Shown piece by piece: positions 39,359 to 54,275 of a DNA stretch of 64,000 bases. Source of the stretch: the human T2T-CHM13v2.0 reference genome, Homo sapiens. The position numbers and the translations under genes were made by a program. The number at the start of each line of letters is the position of its first letter. Position 1 is the first letter of the stretch. The notes under the pieces are model-generated. The model was given only the letters and a program-made list of their open reading frames with translations, did not search any database and was not told where the DNA came from. The DNA is taken from assembly GCF_009914755.1 (NCBI RefSeq), contig NC_060937.1; one strand, 5' to 3'.

Positions 39359-39847
39359 ATGATTACAACAACAGTAAGAAGAGTAATATTTTGACAGTAA
39401 TCTTCAGAGAAGAAAGCTATAAAGTATGAGATATGGCATTAAGAGTAGAAAGAGACTATAACATATTCCATATTTTGGGAGGATTTTACTAAAAAAGTAT
39501 ATTTGGGGAATGGGAACTCGATAGAGTTTGCGCATTAGTTGTTAAAAGATGACCAAAACAAGGATATTTTTCTAGTATGTACTTAAAATAATTTCAGGAC
39601 TATGCCCATGAAGTCATGTGAGTGATCATAATGAAGCTTCCAAATATTCCATGTTTCAAAAGGATTATATTAAAAAGTTCTTCATTGGAGTCTTTAAGAT
39701 GAAAGGACACGTTTCCACAACAGTTTTATTGATTCACTTCCAAGCTGGCAAACAATTTATGCATAAAGACCTCCAGAGTAAACTCCAAGACATTCCTTTC
39801 AGGCAAGTAGTTCTTTAAAATGGTCTTTACAATAACGTTTCATATAA

Positions 39848-40251
<404 letters not shown>

Positions 40252-40949
40252 CTCTTAAGGACTTTATAGAGACCAAGAATAATACAGAAGAAAAACAGGC
40301 CAAATATAATTGAATAAAGCAATGCCAAATATATGGATGCCCAGGATTTACATGCCTTTGCTCTTCCGAATGAAAAAATTCTTAAATTTCCAATGTCAAG
40401 GCAAATTCTATTATTTATCAGTATTATTCAGGTTATAGACCATATTTACTGGGGCTAGATGGAAAGACAAATGAGCCACAATTTGGAAGTTAAGTAAAAA
40501 ATGGAAAATGAGAGAATACTGCATTAGTAACATAAAATTTTTCAAGTTCCTAGTACAGTTAGAAAATAGTTGTAGCTCAATAATACTGTTGATGTATACT
40601 ATATTTTCTTCTACCATTATAATTGAAGATGCAGAATTATGAAATAGTGATATTTCTTGGGCATATTTCAAATACGTGGGATATGTTTGATATATATTTA
40701 CATAGTTTATAATTTATTATGAAGGAATTATATTTTATATTTCTTATAATTTAGTAAAAAGTATAGTTGAGATAGGTTCCCATAATTATATTAATGATTC
40801 TAAATATTAAAAATGTTAAAATAAATCAAGAATTAAACTAGAAATATTAAATTTCTTTTCAGATATTTTTACATAGTAGCCTATTGCATATCACTTAAAT
40901 GATTCCAGGTATATTTTAATTATTTCTAAATTGCAATTACCAGCTATGA

Positions 40950-43405
40950 TTAAGAGGAGCTGATACTGGCTTGCCTTTCCACCTGATATAAGTAGAAAAT
41001 CGGAAAATTACACATAAAACAACTGTTTTCAGCTATTGTGCAATAAGGAGTCCTAGAATGTGATCCCTGAGAATAGAAGTAACATATCTCATATGCATAT
41101 ACCTGTTCAAAGACTTTTACCAAGTAATGAAAAGAGAAAGGAACATATAAAAAAACCCCACAAATGTATCTTCTAGAGATGAAATTAGGAAAAAAATAAC
41201 AATGCATCGAACAAACTTAAAAACAGATTAGGCACTTCAAAAGAAAAGATTAATGAAGACATCAAAAGAGTATCGAATGGAATATAAAATAGAAAACTTT
41301 AAAAATGGACAAAGCATCTTCAAACAGTGGGAAAGTAAGTATAACCATATGTCCTATATGTCAACATATAACAGAATATATACTTTATGTATGTGCAATT
41401 CATTATGTCATTTATACCTCAATAATGCATGTTAAAATAATATATAATAAAATACATAAAATTTAAAAGTATAAGTAAATGTAGATATGGTAGAAATCAA
41501 AATAAGTGTAAGCATGGTAAACAATATTAATATATGTATACACACATTTATGTTTCATATATATATACAAACATAACATACATATCACAAAATATTTAAT
41601 GATTTAGTTACCAAAATAATTCTAAATTTGATAAAAATTGTTAACGCATTTATACAGGTATCTCAATCAACTCCAAGCAGGATGAACGCCACAAAAATCT
41701 TTTTGGCATATCATAATTGAAATACTGAAAACCAAAGATAGAGATAAACCTTAAAAACAGCTAGAGGACAAAAAGTTTAGGTATGCTGAATGTTAAGAAT
41801 GACTGCAAGCTTCTCCATAAACAAATTGCAAGAGAGAAGAACTTGGAATTAAATTTCGAGTAAGAAGGGGTAGATTTCTTTATTCAACAAAAATATCCTT
41901 CAGAATTAAAGCACAACAATTTCGTTTTTAAACAAAATGTAAACAATTTGACATCAGGATTATTCTTCAAATTTTAGGTAAATTCAACTATCATTTGAGA
42001 AATCAATGGGATTTGTAGATAATTAAGATACATGTATCATGAAAAATTATATTAAGACACTTGAACTAATTGATTTTATAAAACATGCTGACCCCAAACA
42101 GAAAACTGTACATTATTTCCCTAATACCTTATACATTCACCAATCTACTTTATCGTCTAGGTAATAAAACAAAACACAATAGAATTTAAATAATAGAAAT
42201 TATACAGATTATATTTTCTGATCACAAGTTAAATTATAAATCAGTAGATTAATATATGTGAGGCCACAAAATATTTGCAAATTGAACAACACAGATTTTT
42301 TACAAACCTCACAAATTAACAAAAACAGTGAAGAAATATTAAAATTTATAAATTAAATGATAAAACACAGTATGTCAAAATTGGTATGAACTACTTCATA
42401 TCCACAAGGTAACCTGTACCTTTTATGACATTAATGGATAGGATATGATAAAATCAATGACTTAAGCCTTCTCCATAATTATATTTTAAAAGAACAAATT
42501 AATCTCCGAGTAAGTATAAGAATGGAAATAGACGCAGAAATTATTGAACAAAATATAGAATATATCAATAAAATTAAAAACTGCTTTTAAACATAATCAA
42601 TAAAAACAATAAACCTCTAGATATACTGATGAATAAAAACAGTGAGAGAACTCACTAATTACCAATATTAAGAATGTTATGAAGACATTATTAGAGAACC
42701 ATAAGCAACTTAGAAAAACTGAACAAATTCCTTGAAACCACTCTTTCTGAAACCCGGCAGAAAAATAAATAGAAAACATGAATAGATTTATATTACTTAA
42801 AGAAATGCATTTACAATTAAAACTCTTTAAAAAAGAGAAGATTATAGACATGGTTTGCTTCACTGATATACCTAAAATCAAAAATAATGATAATAATAAT
42901 AATCCATTCTGTATCAGTCTGTTAGGAAACAGAAGATGGGGCACTTACCAATTTATTTTCAAGGGCATAATTTTAAAACAGACAAAACATATCTATTTTC
43001 CATGAATACATATTCAAAAATTCTTAAATTTTAATAAATGCAATTAGCAAAATATAAAAAGGATAGTGCATCATAAGCATGTGTGGTTTATACCAGGGAT
43101 GTAAGTTTGTTTTAACAACAGAAAATATTTTAACACACCACACTCGTAGAAAAACAAATGGAGTAAACTATTTTATCACTTCAATAGATGCCAAAAAAGT
43201 ATTTTGCAAAATGCAATAATTATTTAAGTTATAAATTCCAACCAAACAAGAAAGAAACGTTTTTAACCTGATAGAGAGTTTCCACAAAAGACTTACATGT
43301 GTTATACTTAATGAGGAAGGACTGAATGAGCACCCCTCCACACACCTGCGATTGGTAGCAAGGTAAGGATTTTCACTCCCATCACTTTTATTCCATTTTG
43401 TAATG
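40950..43405 (+). mobile_element. Old L1M (ORF1-ORF2), heavily deleted
   Basis: ctcaatcaactccaagcaggatgaa, aaaatatccttcagaattaaag, ggtttataccagggatgtaagtttgttttaaca, tcaatagatgccaaaaaag. Confidence 0.75.
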
Positions 43406-43409
43406 AATA

Positions 43410-44040
43410 CAAAGGTAAAATTTTACTCCCTATTTCTCCCCCACAATCCCTGGCCAGCACCATTTTATTTTCTGCTTCTCTGATTTTGACATTTTATATA
43501 CCTCATAAGTATATTAATAATGCATAAGTACGATCATGCATTATTTGTCGTTCTATGATTGTCTTATTTATTTGGTATAATGTTCTCAAGGTTCATCCCT
43601 GTTTTCTTATATGAAAAGATTTCCTTCTTTTTAAAGGCTAAATAATACATTATTATACGTATATACCACATTTTCTTTATTCATTCATCTGTCAGTGAAT
43701 GTTCAGGTGATTTCTATTTCTTTGCTGTTCTGAATAATGCTACAATAAACATGAAACTGCAGATATCTCTTGAGATACTGATTTTAATTCTTTTGGATAA
43801 ATAGAAGTGGGATTGCTGGAACATTTTTGAATGTTATTTTTAATAACATTATTAAATAATTTTTAAAGTTTTGAAGAAACTTCATAGTCTTCCATGTCGA
43901 TTGCACCATCTTACATTCCCACCAACACTGTACAAGGTTTCCAACTTCTCAAAGTCATCAACACTTGTAATCTTTTGTTTTTATTATAATGGCCATCCTA
44001 ACGAGTGTGAGATATCTCATTGTGGTTTTAATTTGCATTA
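43410..44040 (-). mobile_element. L1MA/MB ORF2 end and 3'UTR (non-inverted arm)
   Basis: ataccacattttctttattcattcatctgtc; gatatctcattgtggttttaatttgcatt. Confidence 0.88.
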
Positions 44041-45470
44041 GTCCTTTTTCTACACATTAATAATCAACCATTCAAAATGAAAATTAAGAAAATCCCATTT
44101 GCAATAGCATTAATAATAATAAGACACAGGAATAAACTTACAAGAAGTGAAAGCTACAAAGCTTAGTTGAAAATAATTAGACACAAATAAATGGAAAGAC
44201 ATACATGTTCATGGATTGAAAGACCTGATATTATTAATATTTCCATACTGCTTAATACAGCCTACAAAGTCAATGCAATCACTATCAAAATTCCAAAAAC
44301 ATTTTTACAGAAATAAACAAAAAAATTCTAAAATGTGCATAGAACCACAATGGACCCCAAAAACTTGAGAAAAATAGAGCAAAACTGAAGGCATCATGCT
44401 TCCTGATTACAAAATGTATTGCACAACTACACCACTACAATAATGAAAACAGTATGTTACTGGCATAAACACAAACATATAGACCAATGTAACAGAATAG
44501 AGAGCTCAGAAATAAACCCACGCATATACGGTCAGCTGATCTTCCACAAGGATGCCAAAAAAGCACAATGGGGAAAAGGTAGTCTCTTCAACAAATGGTG
44601 CGGGGAGAACTTGATGTCTACACACAAGAGAATGAAACTGGACCCTTATCTTACACCATGCACAAAAATTAAAAGGAATTCAAGAAAAATATAAGACTTA
44701 AAAATGTAAAACACCTAGAGGAAAACAAAAGAAAAAGTTTCATAACCTTGGTGAATTAGGCCATTTTTGCACTGCTATAAAGGTATATCTGAGGCTGGAT
44801 CATTTATAAGCAAAAGAGATCTAATTGGCTCACGTTTCTGCAGGCTGTACAAGCATGGCACCAACATTAGCTCAGCTTCGGGGAAGGCCCCGGAAAGTTT
44901 ACAATCATAGTGAAAGGTGAAAGAGGAAGTAGACAAATCACATGGGAGGAGGAAGAACAAGAAGCAGGGGGAGGTGACACACACTTTTAAACAACCAGAT
45001 TTCAAGTGAACTCTGAACTCACTCTTCACCAGGGGAATGGTGCTAAGCCATTCATGAGGGATCTGCCCCCCGATCCAAGCACTTCCTAACAGCCCCCACT
45101 TCCAACAATGGGCATTACATTTCAACATGAAATTTGGAGGGGACAAATATCCAAACCATATCAATTGGTCTTGAAAATAATTTCTTCAATATGACACCAA
45201 AATCACAAGCAACCAAAGCAAAATTATAGGCAAGTGGAACAATATCAAACTCAAGAGCATCTGTTCCACAAAGGAAATATTCAACAGAGTGAAGCACAAC
45301 CTATCAAATAAGAAATATTTTCAAACCATATATATGCTACGGAGTAAATATTCAAAATATGTAAAAAATTCACACAAGTCGATGGCAACAAAAGCCATAA
45401 TCTAATCAAAAATGGACAAAGGGTTTGAATAGACATTTTTTCTAAAGAAGATACAGAAATAGCCAACAGG
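44041..45470 (+). mobile_element. L1 ORF2 segment (inverted arm), split by MST
   Basis: ORF 44419-44694 is L1 ORF2 ([24 protein letters not shown]...SLFNKWC); ends aaagaagatacagaaatagccaacagg. Confidence 0.9.
44752..45163 (-). mobile_element. MSTA/MSTB solo LTR
   Basis: tgaattaggcc...ggaggggacaaatatccaaaccatatca; TSD cttgg/attgg. Confidence 0.93.
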
Positions 45471-46938
45471 AATTACCATTTATATGAATAAAATTTAAAA
45501 TGGTATGCTTTTGGGAATGACTTTGGAACTTAAATGAATAAATAAGCCTTAAGAGGTATTTAATAAATGTGTCATCTTGGGAAAATAAAGCTGTTTGTTC
45601 TTAGGAAAATGTAACTTTAAGCCAAGAAAATTACATATTATAATTTAAAGACTTACTTACATATTTACTATGAGTCCATGGGATCAGAGTAAATAAACTT
45701 AAGATTTCAGATCTAGTATTCTAACATAATCTTTTAAATATTTTTCTTTTGAAATATCAAATAATATTACATAATATCACAAATGGCTTTAGTATTTAAT
45801 GAAGAGAAAGGAAATCATGCATGACATCATAGAAAGTAAATGTAAATAAATAATACAGGTATCACTCACCATACAAAATGAATTTAATATATTTTAGTTA
45901 TTACAACAGGAGTTTTAGTAATAGAAATCAAGCCAAAGAAATAAAAAGTAATAACCCTGGCTTCATTCTTTTAAGATCATTACATTTTGCAAATCATGTA
46001 CTTTAAAAAAGAAATAGTTTACATTCAGCTCCATAACCATTTAAAATTTTTACCTTGACTGAGATTTTTGTTATATTGTACACATAGACAAGAGAACCTT
46101 TTAATTTACCTGAAGCACTGATAATTCCATCTGTAATGTGGACACATCTTTTGAATAAACAAACTAAAAATAACAATAACAAAACAAAGCACACCATACC
46201 TACACACCGCCAAATAAATACACACACACTGAACACTGACACTGAGACCAAGATAGACATTAGGATATTTTCTTCTTAATATAAACAGTTAGCATAGTTT
46301 GTAGGGCCATGATTAAAAAAAAACACACAAAGCAAAATATTTCCTAATTGAAAGCATGCCTTGAAAGGTTTTAATCCCTCCCTAGATGGGAGAGACTTTA
46401 CTTAATCTTCCAATCTATATTAATAATGATGAATTATCTGAATATTACCCTAGAGTGTTATTTCTTTTTTTCCCTTTGCAATTTTATTTTGGAGTGGATA
46501 CCTCCTCATGCCACTGTCCCTCCAGATACATAAAATAAATGTCTCCCTTGCAGTTACCAGCGAATACCATTTTTTATTGCTACCATTCAATATTTATCAA
46601 AAGTTCAGTTGAAAGACAAAATATTTAGGGGCAACTGCTTGAAAGGCAAGTGGGGCACAGGAATTTCACACGTTTAAGTACTATTACGTCTAGCTTAATA
46701 GACAAATATTTGAATAATACACTCTCCTGCCTCCACATAAACTTCAGTAGAACTCGTCCTGATTTTTTTTGTTTGTTTGACCTCGTTTTATTCTGAAAAA
46801 TGATTTGCCTGTCTATCACAAAATGTAACATGATTTATGGAAGAAGATGAGAATATTAATGAAGGGGATATAGGTTAAATTTGTTCAATTTTATGGTGAT
46901 TCGTTGGGGTTGTCTAGAGTAAATTAAGACTGTTTTCT

Positions 46939-47940
46939 TTTTTAAAATATTAACATTTTATTTTATATCCTTCCTATTTTTCTATGAATATTTATACATG
47001 TATTATTTTTTTAAAAACTACAAAGAATATCATGAGCATATTTTTTTATTTTTATTTTTTATGTTTTTACTTTAAGTTCTGGGATACATGTGCTGAACAT
47101 GCAGGTTTGTTACATAGGTATACATGTGTCATGGTGGTTTGCTGCACCCATCAACCCATCATTTAGGTTTTAGGCTCCACATGAATTAGTTGTTTGTCCT
47201 AATGTTCTCCCTCCCCTTTTCTCCTACCCCCTGACAGGCCCTGGTGTGTGATGTTCACCTCCCTGTGTCCATGTGTACTCATTTTTCAGCTCCCACTTAC
47301 GAATGAGAACATGTGGTATTTGGTTTTCCTTTCCTGTGTTAGTTTGCTGAGAATGATAGTTTCCAGCTTCATCCATGTCCCTGCAAAGGACATGAACTCA
47401 TTATTTTTTATGGCTGCATATATTATTCCATGGTGTATATGTGACACATTTTCTTTATCCAGTGTATCATTGATAGGCATTTGGGTTGCTTCCAAGTCTT
47501 TGGTATTGTAAATAGTGCTGCAATAAACATACGTGTGCATGTATCTTTATAGTAGTATGATTTATAATCCTCTGGGTATATACCCAGTAATGGGATTGCT
47601 GGGTTAAATGGCATTTCTGGTTCTATATCCTTGAGGAATCATGACACTATCTTCCATAATGGTTGAACTAATTTACACTCCCACTAGCAGTATAAAAGCG
47701 TTCCTATTTCTCTGCATCCCTGCTAGCATCTGTTGTTTCCTGACTTTTTAATGATCGCCGTTCTAACTGGCATGAGATGGTATCTCATTGTGGTTTTGAT
47801 TTGCATTTCTCTAATGACCAGTGATGATGAGCTTTTTTTCACATATTTATTGGCCGCGTAAGTGTCTTCTTTTAAGAAGTGTCTGTTCATATCCTTTGCC
47901 TGGGCGGAAATCAACACAGCGCAGTAAAGCGACTATGGCC
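46939..47940 (-). mobile_element. L1PA8-like insertion: L1 body 47039-47900 plus 3' transduced and 5' inverted pieces
   Basis: ORF2 C-terminus in ORFs 47286-47540, 47423-47614 and 47723-47917; 17-bp TSD aatta(a/g)gactgttttct at 46922-46938 and 47941-47957. Confidence 0.92.
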
Positions 47941-48992
47941 AATTAGGACTGTTTTCTAAAAATCTAGTCAGTTTGCATACTTTTATTGTTTCAGAAGCAA
48001 GGATTATCTTGTTTGACAATAAATGTTTTGAAAGAATGACCCAATCCAATATTTGAAGATGTTATTTTTTCCAGTATGAGAGAAAAAATATAATCCTTTA
48101 AATATGTAATTTATTAAAAACAATAAAATATAAATAAATTTGATATAAAAGCTTTGACTTCTTCTAAATTTTTAATTTATTTGTACCTATGCAAAGCAAT
48201 TTGAAATGGTACACAACCATACCAGACATAAATCCACCATCAAACACTATGGTGCACTCAAAATTAGAGCTATAAATTTCTCATTCTAAAATAAGTGAAA
48301 TAATTTAAGTTTTTGATTTATTTTAGGGGAATTTTATTTTTCTTATTTATATGATGGCTGCACTAGATATCTTTAAGAAAATAAAACACGTATTGCTGAC
48401 TATATTGAGAAAAATAATGCTATGTTTAAAAAACTAGGAAACAGTCTTCAAAATAGCAGTTTCCTTATTTGGAGTGAAACATAAGAAATGTCAAAATAAT
48501 GAGAAAACGGAGCATGGAGCATAAATTTCAGGATTTGATATTATTTATTGCACTTATATTGATTTTTATTTCTAATATACTCCCTTTTTATATGTCTTTT
48601 TATATGTCAATTATACCTCCATGTTTTTTAAAAACATACAACTAAATTGAGTTTTGCTGTATTTTCTAAGCATTAAATGAAAAAAAAGTAAAACCAAAAC
48701 CAGTAGTGAGTTATTAATTTTCTTAACAAATAATAGAGGCTAACACAAACGGCACATCCAAACAAAGGCACTCATTTGTGTAAACCCACTGATATACTTA
48801 AATAAATCAAAAGTTTTGTAATGAGCCCATATTCAAAATTAACAACTTTTATTTTCCTGTAAAAGTCGTGAAGATGCTTATGTTTGGTCATTTCATGTCA
48901 TTATTATTATACTTGCTACCAGTTATGGAGAATTTAGAGAATACCAAGTTCTATGTGAAAGACTTTCATTCTAAAAAGAAAGTGTACATAAA

Positions 48993-49142
48993 GATCCATT
49001 TTACAGAATGAGAAATTAAGAATTAAAGTGGTTATGTTTCTAGGTCAATAACACATTTCAAGAAACTGATATACAGAAGTTAAAACATATGTCTTTATCG
49101 ATTTCCAAGCCTCTGAAGTTTTAATGATGTCAAACATGCCTC
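48993..49142 (-). mobile_element. MIR fragment
   Basis: ccattttacagaatgagaaattaag...ggtca antisense core. Confidence 0.65.
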
Positions 49143-49529
49143 TAAATTTGATGTTGTACAACCCTTCAGTGTATTTGATTTACATAATAAACATAGCCAA
49201 GCTAAAAAGTAACACAAAATTTACTTACACCACTTTATTATCATTGATATATTTATCAATATTATTAATTTGCCAAATAAATTGATACATAATTTACCAA
49301 ATTTATTAAGTAAATTGTTGGGCCTTATGTTTTTTTTATCATGAAGATGAAACAAAATATTGTTTGCTAAATGTTTGATATTTTAAGTACTAAAAATAAT
49401 TTAAATGGGTTTAATATAGTTAAATATATAAATACCATATAGAAAGATATTTATCTGGACTTCCAGTTTAACAGAAATAAATAAGACACATATTTTTCTA
49501 CTCCATATCAGGCCATTATAAACTATCTA

Positions 49530-50721
49530 TAGTTATGTGCCCCATAACAACTTTTTAGTCAACAATGGACAGCATATATGATGATTATCACATAAGATTA
49601 TAATGGATCTGAAAATTTCCTATCCTCTAGTGATATTGTAGCTGTAGCTGTTATAATGTTGTAGTTCAACACATTACTTAGGTATTTGTGATGCTGATGT
49701 AAACAAACTTGCTGCAGTACTGTGCTCCAATTCATAAAAGTATATCATATACAATTGTGTACAGTACACAATACTTGATAGTAAATGACGACGTTACTGT
49801 TTCTGTATTTACTACACTATATTTTATTACTAGTTTAGAGTATGCTCCTTCTACTTTAAAGAAAGTAAAGTTAACCACAGGGCTCAGGCAGGTCCTTCCG
49901 GAGATATTCCAGAAGAAGGCATTATCATCACAGGAGATGACAGCTTCATGCACATTACTACTACTTCCAGTGAGACAAGATGTGGAATGGAAGACGTTAT
50001 ATTCACGATCTTGACCCTGCGTAGGCCTAGGCTGATGTACGTGTTTGCGTCTCAGTTTTTTAACAATGAAGTTTAAAAAGTTAAAAAAATTAAAAACAGA
50101 AAAAGCTTATAGAATAAGGATATAAAGAAAATAATTGTGTATGGTTGTGCAATGTGTTTGTGTTTAAAGCTGTTACTGCAAGAGACTCAAAAAATTAAAA
50201 AATCAAAGTTATTAAGGTTAAAAAATTACAGTAAGCTAAGATTGATATTATTGACGAAAAGCTTGTTTTATAAATTTAGTGTGGCCTAAGTATACATTGT
50301 TTATAAAGTCTACAGTAGTGCACAGTAATGTCCAACGTCTTCACATTCACTCACCACTCACTCAATAACTCATGGAGAGCAATTTTCAGTCCTGCAAGCT
50401 CTATTCATTGTTAAGTTCCCTGTATTGATGTACCATATCGTATCTTTTATACTATATTTCTACTGTACCTTTTCTATGTTTAGATATGTTTAAATATGCA
50501 GATACTTACCATTGTGTTGCACTTGCCTATAGTATTTGATAAAGTAACATGCTGTACAGGTTTGCAGCCTAGGAGCAATAGACTGTATCACACAGCTAGG
50601 TGTATAGTAGGCTATACCATCTTGGTTTGTGTAAGTACACTCTATGATGTTTTCATATGACAAAATTGCCTAATGAGACCTTTTTCAAAACATATGCCTA
50701 TCGGTAAGAATTTCATAGCTA
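49530..50721 (+). mobile_element. Tigger3b/MER7B-type DNA transposon
   Basis: Degenerate TIRs with flanking TA; cataagattataatggatctgaaaatttcctat, attccagaagaaggcatt, ggtttgtgtaagtacactctatgatgtt. Confidence 0.9.
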
Positions 50722-52821
50722 TAGTTACAAATATATAAGTTTGAATTTTTCACAAAAATGTATATATTCAAGATAATTATGCAAGATAATTATTTCTCTT
50801 CCCATGTGATGAGATCAAATACCTATGTGATGGATCAAGGAGCTAGTAGATACTAAGTATCTAACTTAATTTCTGAAACATGATGTGCAAATAATGATAG
50901 ACTAATTTCCCTCTTCTATGAGACATTAAGGCTCATAGTGAATACTTTTAAAAACATATAATAACCTGTATTAAAGTTATTTCTCATTTATATTGACATC
51001 AATTAAAATACAGTTACTATTATTTTTATATAATATTTAGAAAGTGAGATTCATATATGCTTGAATGGCATGGGAAGGTTATAGTAACACTTTATCCTAT
51101 ATTCTCTAATTTTATACACACAAAAATAATATAGATATAGCTTTAAATCATGTGCCTAGGTAATTTTGATATACATGTTCATGGAAATTAGCATGACATA
51201 AACAGTTCTAGGAGGTCTCTGACTAAAACTTTTAAAAAATTGTTCAATTATTTTACAATGTAAAACAACATAAACATAATGAAAATACATTTTTATATTA
51301 TATGGTCATTTTAAAGATAATTTTCCAAGAAATACATAAAAAAATAAAGAATGCATTAAGCTTTATGTAAAATTTAGAAAAAGGAGCAAGCAAACATTTC
51401 TCAAGCAGTACTTCAAGACAATGCACAAATCAGGACCAATAATATCCTTCAAAGATATATTATGCCTTGCCAAAACTTCATTAGAAATATTTCATTTACT
51501 GAAGTTATTATTTGCACACCATCATAATTTTATATTTATATATTAATACTTTAATATTATATTTCAAGATGAAAGTACATTTCTGTTTTTGTTTCTCAGA
51601 GACTGAATTATTCACAGATCCTTAAATGAATACAAATCATTTTCTGTTTTCTTCAAATATTACTTGCTACTATTAAACCAGTTACAAAGCAGTGAATCCA
51701 GATGATGATCAACTCAGTAAGAAATTGCCCTCAAATTATAATTTCACTAGATCTTAAGTGGTAATTACCACTGCAACATCAGCATTAATGGCAAAGATAA
51801 TTTAGTTTTCCTACCGTCCTTATATCAGAATGACCCTTTATAATATCATCTTCTGTATGTAGGAAGATATTTTCATGAGTTGACATTTATGGCACATGTA
51901 AGAATAAGCTGTTTAAAGCATAAAGCAATTGATTTCTACAAAATAATTGAAAGTGGAATTATACTGATTTAAAGTCATTGATAGGAACAGTTTTACAGAG
52001 TACATATCTGTAAATAGATTTAACCAATTTAGAAAACACAGTTATTAAAATACATTTTCATATCAGATAAAGTGAGTCTAGAATTATAGACTATAGGTAA
52101 GTTTATTCTTATCATTTTAAATTATATTAACCATGTGCTTTGTAAAAGAAAGAAGCAATGTATAAAAACTATTCCTACCAAATCTGTGAGTTTAGTCCAG
52201 ACTAATATTTGAGAGAAATTGCAAGACACATTAACATACATTGTAATAAAATGAAATGCTGAACAACCTGTTTAGCAGAAAAAAAGATAATTATATTTGA
52301 GCAGGAGATATTCATTTATTGCTTAAATGGTAAAGAAACAGAACATTTAATGTTGCTTCTGAGCTTGGTTTTCTATCTGATGTATTGTGCAGGTTTTGAA
52401 CAATTTACTTAAGAGCATTTTCTCTAAGAACTTGAAATTTGGAGGGTGAAATACCTTAGAGAGTTGAAAACAAAACTGCTTTGTTAGAAGTTTACATCTT
52501 ATGTAGGTTTTATCTCTCTAGATTATATTTTCCACTGTTTGTGTTATCTGTCTGATTTCACTCTCTGTACCTTGGGGCCTGATTAGATGATTTCTCTCTA
52601 TTTTTGCTCTCTCTGTTTTTGGCTGTGTCTTAAATTTCCTCCTTAGAATTGCTAAGATTGCTTCTTTCCTGTATCACAAGATTTTTAACCCATCTCCATC
52701 TCCCTTTAGTTTGTGCTTTTGCCCATAGTGTTTTTCCCACAATGCTTTAACTTTGTCTGGCTTCCTCCTGTCTGCTTTTCCCAGTATCATTCACATTGTC
52801 TGTTATATCATATGGATCTAT

Positions 52822-52875
52822 GCTAGGATTTCTGAACTTTGGTAATATTGACATTTTGGACTAGATAACTTTTTT
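52822..52875 (+). mobile_element. MER20-like end fragment
   Basis: ttggtaatattgacattttggactagataactttttgtt. Confidence 0.5.
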
Positions 52876-52879
52876 GTTT

Positions 52880-53298
52880 TTGTGTATTGGGCAGAGCTGG
52901 GTATGTGGAACAAGTTATATGAAGTGGATTTATTACTTACAGATAGGCACCAGAGACAAAAGAAGCTAGGATTTATTGCCAGCTTGTACCCCAAGAAAGC
53001 TTCTCCAGGGCAGATGGAGTCTCAGCTGTGTGTGTCCCGCTTGCACCACAGCTGAGGGACCCAAAAAAGCAGTCCTCCCTGGGTTATATACCTCAGGGGT
53101 GAGGCGGTTCACTGGACAAAACTTTGAAGCACATCCTGATTCCAGAGGAGAGAGGAACAATCCCCAGGCTGTACCAGACAGTTCCTCTCTAACTCAGAAT
53201 GTTGTATTTCCAGTCCATTTTAGAATGATTCTTTAGAACTACAAGCAAGAAAGTGGGAGAAATGGGTCAGTCTAAAGGCATCGAGAGAACTGTCCTGA
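52880..53298 (-). mobile_element. ERVL LTR, LTR47/MER73-like
   Basis: Minus strand starts caggacagttctctcgatgcctttagactgacccatttctccc...gcttgtagttct; AATAAA (tttatt ~52928). Confidence 0.7.
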
Positions 53299-54084
53299 TG
53301 TTACTACTAAAATAATTTTGTTTAAAAACTATATCTGGAAGTCCTAGGTATTAATTTATGTTTTTTAAAATTATAGTACTAATAGTAAAATATCTTAGTC
53401 AAAAATTAGTTTAAAATGAGTGTTTCTGTTTATGTAATAGGTAGCAGTCGTACAACAAAATCCTATCAGGCATTTCTCTAAGAATTACCATGTCCCATTT
53501 ATTATTCTGGTCCAGCACGCGTTAAACTAGAAACACCTAATGAACTACAGCTGCTGAATTTTATTGATTACAATTTCACAAAAGTACTATTAAAGCTGAT
53601 TAAGGATATTTAGATGAATTGGACCATAAAAACAGGTCTCTCTTCTATTTCTGGAAATTCAGGAGATTAGATATGCTGAATGACCTTTTAGATTGTCACA
53701 ACTAAATGTATGATATAATATTTAAAAACATATTTTAAAATCCAGTGGAAAATGTTCATAAAATTAAGTAATGCACAGATACCAAAAACAAGTTGAAAGT
53801 ATCAATTCTTGGCAATAAGAGAACACCAAACCACCTTTTGCCCTGAAGCTTTCTGTTTAATATTTGAGAACTTGAGCTGCTTTGATGGTTGCTCTAGCAA
53901 CTAGGACATGTGATAAAGCTTAATGCCTAAGCAATGCAATGTGATAGGAGATTACCACATTAAATTGAGAATCCAAAGTCTACAATCTAATGAGAATAAA
54001 ATATAAGCTTTCCTAGATGTTGTTCCTGACTTTAGAACTGTGTAAAAGAAAAAAAAAATCTCACAAATAGCAATCCACCATGAA

Positions 54085-54275
54085 CATGGGACCAGAAGGT
54101 TTGGATTTTGGCTTTTTATAAAAAGTTTGGACTATTTACATTATAGTGCTTGCACATCTCAAATCAGGAAATACAAAATTCGAAATACTCCAATGAGCAT
54201 TTCCTTAGTCAGCTTTGAAAGATGTTTTAGATTTTGGAGCATTTCAGATTTCAGATTTTGGGGTTTGGGATGCTC
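54085..54275 (+). mobile_element. Tigger4a/MER46-type MITE
   Basis: tgggaccagaag...ctccaatgagcatttcctt...gattttggagcatttcagatttcagattt...gggatgctc. Confidence 0.8.
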
